A DNA stretch of 63,844 bases, counting the filler, from Globobulimina sp. (taxonomy: Eukaryota), in assembly GCA_003354225.1 (NCBI GenBank). It is 23 parts of 23 records of this genome, joined end to end, with 100 filler letters (N's around TTAATTAATTAA, not from the genome) between each part and the next. Parts side by side here need not be neighbours in the genome. Positions count along the whole stretch, not along the records: positions 55,611 to 58,288 come from PIVH01005390.1; positions 58,389 to 61,066 come from PIVH01005391.1; positions 61,167 to 63,844 come from PIVH01005392.1; 20 more parts are not named here. One strand, given 5' to 3'. Below the pieces are notes generated by a model, which saw only the letters and a list, made by a program, of their open reading frames with translations, was not told the DNA's origin and made no database searches. Made by a program: the position numbers and the translations under genes. Of this stretch, positions 57,396 through 63,844 are shown piece by piece (within the stretch, counting starts at the first letter, position 1; each line of letters opens with the position of its first letter).

Positions 57396-58288
57396 ATGGG
57401 CGACATTGAAGAAAATCCACGGCGAGAGTCTTCACTGGATTATTATCGAACGATTTCATTGTTTAGTTCATTTTGTGTCGGCTTATGTATGTTTGGCATG
57501 ATTGTCGGATTTGTATCTAATTCCGCCGCAAACAAGCAATTATGGGGTGTTTTATCTGTAATATTTCTAATATCACAATCATTATTACACTTTGTCGACA
57601 AATTCACTCGCGATGAATTATCTCTTTTACCCGTATATTTATTAAACGCAACACGTCCGATCCTGCTGTTACGTCTGTATTATATCGGATTATTTGTCGA
57701 TATCATCACATTAATGTTAACCTTAATTATCTCATATTTCTTCAAGTTCCCACAGCCGATCATTGCCACTCTTTGGTTCGTATTATTAACGACTTCATGG
57801 TATAACACAAACGAACTACGCACTTATTTCATAAAGTCATTAGAAGATGTTCCGGCGTGTTCTGATGCGGACTGTATATTTCATACAAAATTATATGACC
57901 ACAACAATAATGACAATAATAATAATAATGAGGATATGGCCAATAAAAAGCAAGCAAACGAAACCTTCACAAAATTAAAACAAACGATGAAAATCGGCAA
58001 ATCAAAAACTATTGTTTTAAGCAACAAATACGAGAAAATTGTATACTGCCTCAACAGGCAAATACATTATCATTACAACTCAGGCCAACACGTATTGACC
58101 TCCTTAGACGCCATCAAGTCGTGGAGCTGTGTCTATATTATGATATATTGCATTTGGTCCATCTCATTCGTAATACACTCCGTCTCTTACACCGCAGCCA
58201 ACATTCACCATAACTGGGGATTCATTTTATTATTAATTATGACCATCATGCAATTGATTCGCGTCGCTTTTCAAGTTTGGGCCTTATC
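57396..58288 (+). CDS. Multi-pass membrane protein (3' partial)
   Basis: About six hydrophobic segments. Divergent from the reductase with a 59-bp spacer. Confidence 0.7.
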
Positions 58289-58388
58289 NNNNNNNNNNNN
58301 NNNNNNNNNNNNNNNNNNNNNNNNNNNNNNNNTTAATTAATTAANNNNNNNNNNNNNNNNNNNNNNNNNNNNNNNNNNNNNNNNNNNN

Positions 58389-58590
58389 AATAGCATTCAT
58401 ATTCTCATCGTTGTTCTCTTTATTCTCAGCAACCTCGTCATCAATGCCAAACATCGCAATCTCACAATCCTTTTCAGCCAATTTACTGAAATCAAACGCA
58501 TTTAATCCAAACCATACTGCCGCAGCCGCTCCACGTACCTTTGTATTGCCATTATTATGCTTTATAATATTTGCATTAAACTCTTTATGT
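58389..58590. repeat. 202-bp inverted copy of 59957-60158
   Basis: Reverse-complement match with one mismatch (58477 vs 60070), starting at the contig edge. Confidence 0.92.
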
Positions 58591-58756
58591 AAATTTATTT
58601 CATGAATATTATTGAATCATTGCTGCGGAAGACATAGGGTTCGCGGCCGAGCAAATCAATGAAGCACAACAGAGATTATCTGCAATATTTGAGACTGGAG
58701 TTCAAGACTGTGGTCCTCCGCATTACTTTTATGAACAGAATAAGGGCCTGCTTTGC

Positions 58757-60392
58757 ATGATTTTATGGGAAATGATAACACAGAATGCCAGAAATCCACA
58801 GAGTGGACAGAATAGGTTCCAGGCCCTACGATATATCCTTCAACGCGATGATGAATATCTCACTCGTAAATGTGCCGAGGCATTTAACCACGAAACTGCA
58901 TCTTCCGGCGACGTCGATGGAGCAACACGCCATTACGGTATGCTCACACTGCAAATGGTCGAAACTATATTGGTATAATGCCAATAAAATGTTATTTTGG
59001 AAGCTTATCGGTGAAGCAAATGAAAAGAGAGCAACATATAAAAACCGTGCAAATGGTCTCTATAACAATTGGAGGAAAAATGCGATGATATGTCGCTATT
59101 TTTGAATGTATTTGCGGTATGGTATCAAAGTAAGTGGTTGCCAATGAATCCACGGTTAATTGATAAGTTTTTGTGTATTGTGAAAGATTTCTATTACAAT
59201 GCATTTCGAACTGATGAAAACATTGAACGCTTGAAGAAAATTTTGAAAATATTTGCGTTTTTAATGCAAACCTGTTATGATAATGTGACTAATAAGAAAC
59301 CGCTATTTATATTACCGTTGTACAATTTGTTCGCATGGACTTTGTGTATTTTATGTGATGAATGGGAGAGAGCAATGAAGTCAGAACAAAATGTTATAAT
59401 TCAGGTATTTTCATCGACAAAGATATGGATCAAAATTATTTTAGATGAAGGTAACAATATTGATATCTCTGCGGATATGAAAAATAGAGTTATGGGAATT
59501 GCGGTGTTTTTATTCAACAAAATAAGCGCAGAGAAAAGTGAATGCCGATCATTTGAAAAGAGAATCAGCGGCGCTTTATCCAGCATTATCATTATGGGCG
59601 GAATGGAGAAAGCGAAATGGCCGGAATTGTGTAACAATGCAGAAACAAATCAACAAATAAATGAAAAACGCACGGATATAATGGCTGCGTGTAATGATAT
59701 GTGCGATGAAAAAAAGGTATTAATATTGATATTTTGTAAAATAAACAGTTTTTTTAATATTGATTATAAAACTTAGAAACGGAGTATTTGTAAACATGCG
59801 GTCGGAAACAATATTAATAAATTGGAGTGCAGCAATAATTAATGTATTAATGCGTGCGATTAGTCATATTTTTGCACAAAATGCGAATAAACGGCGAATA
59901 AACGGCGAATTTTTTGAAAAAAATAATATCGATGGAAAATCGTTGCGAAATGTTGGACATAAAGAGTTTAATGCAAATATTATAAAGCATAATAATGGCA
60001 ATACAAAGGTACGTGGAGCGGCTGCGGCAGTATGGTTTGGATTAAATGCGTTTGATTTCAGTAAATTGGATGAAAAGGATTGTGAGATTGCGATGTTTGG
60101 CATTGATGACGAGGTTGCTGAGAATAAAGAGAACAACGATGAGAATATGAATGCTATTATTAATGAGATGGATACTATGAATTTAGATGAAATAAACCGT
60201 TTATGTGCACAGTTTGATTCCTATGATAATGATATAAAAATGAGTTCTAACCCAAATACGGAAAACAATGATTTGGAGGAGAACAATGATTCGGAATACA
60301 ATGATTTGGAGATCAAAGACAATGATATGTCGAACACGAATGTGAGCTCGAGATATAGTCTCTGGTCTGATTATAATCCAAATAACAGTTGA
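58757..60392 (+). pseudogene. Fragmented hypothetical gene
   Basis: Four overlapping ORFs in different frames that I cannot join cleanly by splicing. Confidence 0.45.
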
Positions 60393-61240
60393 GTTATCAT
60401 AGCAAGCTTTTGGAAATCATTTGTTTTTGTGTCAGATTGCATCAATATCAAAACGGACTTAACCTATAAACACTTTTCATAAACATAAATTACCACAGAA
60501 AGATCACGTCCAATATCAGAAAAACAACAACATTGGCTTTATGCGACCGAGGGGCCGTGATACTATGATTAGAGGATAGGGAACTTTACGCAGTCTCTGG
60601 ACCAACCCACGTCCCATGAAAAACATAGGTATTATGGGAGCGAGGGTTCAAACACAAAGTTCAATGCACCAAATCATCGGATCCGCCATTTCTTTTAATT
60701 AAAATCGAATGTTCCTTGTGATGCCAATTGCTTGTTCAACATTGTTGTAATCAGTGGTATTAATTGGTATTTGGTATCGTATCTTTGTTATAAGTTGTCT
60801 ATGAAAAAAGAGCAAGAAATAAATAAGTATATTAATTAATTATTAATGAGTCAAACACGACATTGGAACAATCGGGAAAAAATAAATAATAATAAAATAA
60901 AGCAAATAGAATTTATTTTAATAAATACTATTTGATAAAGCCCGATTGCCCGCGTGTAACGTGAATGTAATTTAATGAGCCTAGAATGTGTAAATTGCAT
61001 TGAAGGCAAACTGATTTCACACAGGAGAATTTAATATGAATTTGTGAAGTTAATTTGTATGTATATNNNNNNNNNNNNNNNNNNNNNNNNNNNNNNNNNN
61101 NNNNNNNNNNTTAATTAATTAANNNNNNNNNNNNNNNNNNNNNNNNNNNNNNNNNNNNNNNNNNNNGGGTAAACGGGTCAAAAGGAGTGGAGTAATTCCA
61201 CTTTTACTGGCCTTTTTTGGGTAAAATATAAAATAACGAG

Positions 61241-62406
61241 TCAGTACCAAAAACCACCTAAAATAACGAAAGTGACAGAAAATACAATACAAAGCAATGA
61301 GCACCATAAAGCCCGTTTATTTTTTGATAATTGCATAGAATGATCTGTTGTTTTTACACTCAATTCAATGTCAAAATCACTATCTGATAAAATCATATTT
61401 TGTGCTATAAACAACGAATATGCCCAATCATCAACTTCAAGAATAAAAAAAACACTAATTGCTACCTCCAATTTGTTCACAAGATGATTGTGACTGTTTA
61501 TTTGAATTAATGCATATAACATCAATCCAAAATGCATAATAAAAACACATATTATTTGCAACTTAAATGCACAAAATTGAACCCACATTTTTGATTCGTC
61601 CATTGTCATTTTGGTTGTGTGACTTGTGTCTATGTCTATGTCAATGTTTGTATTCTCTTTATCTTTCTGCAATTTACTTAAATAATACCATGTTGATTTT
61701 AATAACGCAATGCTTTTATCGAGAATATATATAAACAATATGGTCAATGAACAAACAGTGAAAACTATTTGTTCTTTTGATGTGTCTATCTTCATTTTAC
61801 TGAATCTCACTTCGCTCATTAATGATATTGTGACAATTATCTGTACACCAAATGGTATAACATATGCTAAAAATACACCAGATTTACCACAACAACCGTA
61901 TAGTTCCCAATCATCCTCGTTTTTTAAACATAATAGAATATAGGCCTGTATTTTTTAAACATGATCAGAATCAGAAATAATGGAAATCAGAAATTAAACA
62001 AACATCTTAACGTACTGTCAACATTTCTCTTGGTAATTGCAAAACAATTATTTTTCTCTCTTCTTCTGCTTCTTCTTCATCGAGTGGATCATGTTCAGTC
62101 TCTTCAATTTCCAGTTTTATATCGTCAATATTTATTCCTAATTCATTTTCAATCTGTATACAACAATTATGGTCAAATTGATTCGTTTTTAGAAAAACAA
62201 ACACGTACATTATCCGCTGGTTGATGTTTTTGTGAGGTATATATATTTTTTCCCTTGAAACGTTGTGATTTCACTGCATCTGGTAATTGCAATAGTGATT
62301 TCGAGTCAAATATACCATCTAAACTGTCTAAAAGTCTCCTTGAGATGTTGATGGTATCCTCATCATCATATGCATGCTTTCTTGTAGCTGTAGCTGTATC
62401 TGCCAT
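61241..62406 (-). CDS. Membrane protein, 3 exons (introns 62154-62208, 61946-62015)
   Basis: ATG 62406 (MADTATAT). Both GT-AG introns keep the frame. TM helices and an ISVFFILEVDDW motif. Confidence 0.7.
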
Positions 62407-62872
62407 GTTGACAGCAGGTCTGTGTTTGTTATAAAAAGCTAGAGCGGGGCTGTTGGTATACAAACCATTTGTATATAAAAGCTATTGTCCGATAGATGGT
62501 TATAAAAAGCGTTGAAAACGAAACAAATAATTTAATTGCAGAAAAATTAAAAAGTTACAATTAAAATGACACAAAGGAATCAACAAAATACAATCTGGTT
62601 AAATACAATCTGGTTAAATGTGTTGAAAGATTAAAAGATAACAACATGTAACCAAAATGAAAAAAATGAGGCAAAAAAAAAGAAATGAAATGAAATGAAA
62701 TGAAAATTTAAGAAAAAAAAAGAACACAAAAAACACGCTAAAATAAACAAATGGAAAAAAAACTTAATAAGGAAAGCAAATAAATACATGGAGGAAAAAA
62801 AAAGTGAGAAAAAGAAAATCTACAGAAATTAAACAAACTTAATGCAATTTAACTTACTTATAATTTATTGAT

Positions 62873-63678
62873 TTATTCAGCTGCGGACAAATTATCATCA
62901 ATTAAACTATGAATATGTTTACTTAAATATCCATTTATTATATACGTTTTATCATTGTTTGGGACATCCCAATTAAATCTCTTTTCAGTTGCAATTGGTT
63001 CATGATTGCTTTTTAATTTTCCATTAACTGTAAATTTGTAGGTTTTCATACAAATGTAAATTAATATTACACAAAAGCACAGATCGGGATCGAAAAACGT
63101 TAACTGTGTGGTGTCGACGTCACATCATAGCAAATATTGGTAGGTGTTACATTGTTGCATATTTCAAATATGGTACATCGATCTCGATCTCTCTCTTTTT
63201 GCTCATCAATTGGCGATGCATTGGATAAATTTAATGACGGTATATCAATGGATAAATTATAAAAGGTACACTCTTCGTCATCAACATATTCATCATATTC
63301 GAATTCATCGTATTCATCATCTGATGAAGTGAGTAAATGATTTATAAACAAAGGAGGAGGGGGTGTTAAACGCTCAATTAATGGAATTGAATCAATATCA
63401 TCTTCATTATCGTCTGTATCATAGTCATTGTTATTAACTGATAATTCAATGACATTGAGATCATCGTTACTGTCTGAATTGGAACCATATAAAACTGATG
63501 AATGTGTAATTATTAATAATGTACTTGGAGTTGATGCATAGGATGCATAGGATGCTGAATCTGGTGTTGATACTTTACTTATCTCTTCTTTTGGTTTAAT
63601 TGTGATAATTCGCGACTTATTTTGTTCAACATTGTTAGGAATTGTGCTTTCGATTGGTGTTGATTGGTTTTTCATCAT
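62873..63678 (-). CDS. Acidic low-complexity hypothetical protein (intron 63028-63104)
   Basis: ACA|GTTAAC...TACAG joins in frame to a second exon of about 50 codons. The 3' end is uncertain. Confidence 0.55.
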
Positions 63679-63844
63679 TAATTTTTAGACAGAGATGATC
63701 TCAACTAGTACTTTAATAGAAAAGAGTAAAGTAAAATGTAAATTATCTTTGACAAATGGACTCCTTTTATCTGCAGTTCCCTTCCACATTACGCTATTCT
63801 ACAGTATTTCTGCTGTTTATATTAACAGCCTTTATAGTGTGGTT

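Noticed and set aside
2683-61166. Regularly spaced TTAATTAATTAA as a biological repeat or CRISPR-like array, and gene neighbourhoods across it
   Set aside because: It is an artificial six-frame-stop linker padded with Ns. Contigs are sorted by length, so cross-linker synteny, including phage next to eukaryotic genes, is meaningless.

Overview
This window is not a continuous locus. It is 23 unrelated contigs of 2678-2682 bp, sorted by length and joined by 22 artificial 100-bp linkers (N44-TTAATTAATTAA-N44), so adjacency across linkers means nothing. Most contigs come from an AT-rich eukaryote with short GT-AG introns. A protist, possibly a foraminiferan or other rhizarian, is my inference from gene style only. 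Recognisable genes: AP-2 alpha, rhomboid, SAS-4/CENPJ, two kinases, rhodanese, TMEM164-like, S53 tripeptidyl-peptidase, 4xFAS1 protein, NADPH-P450 reductase, VPS13, TPR protein, MCM2, HECT ligase, histone H3 with a 3' stem-loop, IleRS and a Tudor-like/cytochrome b5 reductase fusion. Mobile DNA: a decayed Ty3/gypsy element, a MITE and an hAT relic. One contig (52832-55510) is bacteriophage-like. An inverted duplication and a bacterial TRAP fragment hint at amplification chimeras. Top leads: (1) a frequent A|GTTNNGT class of 5' splice site that matches the rare shifted U1 register; (2) two near-consensus sigma70 phage promoters sharing a palindromic operator, one heading an operon with an NHPF-variant adenine methyltransferase; (3) a branch-point-like tandem array before a Met-less ORF coupled by TAATG; (4) an LTR-like unit with 23-bp perfect inverted ends; (5) a structured B-box RNA candidate. 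All family calls come from motif recognition by eye. No searches were run.
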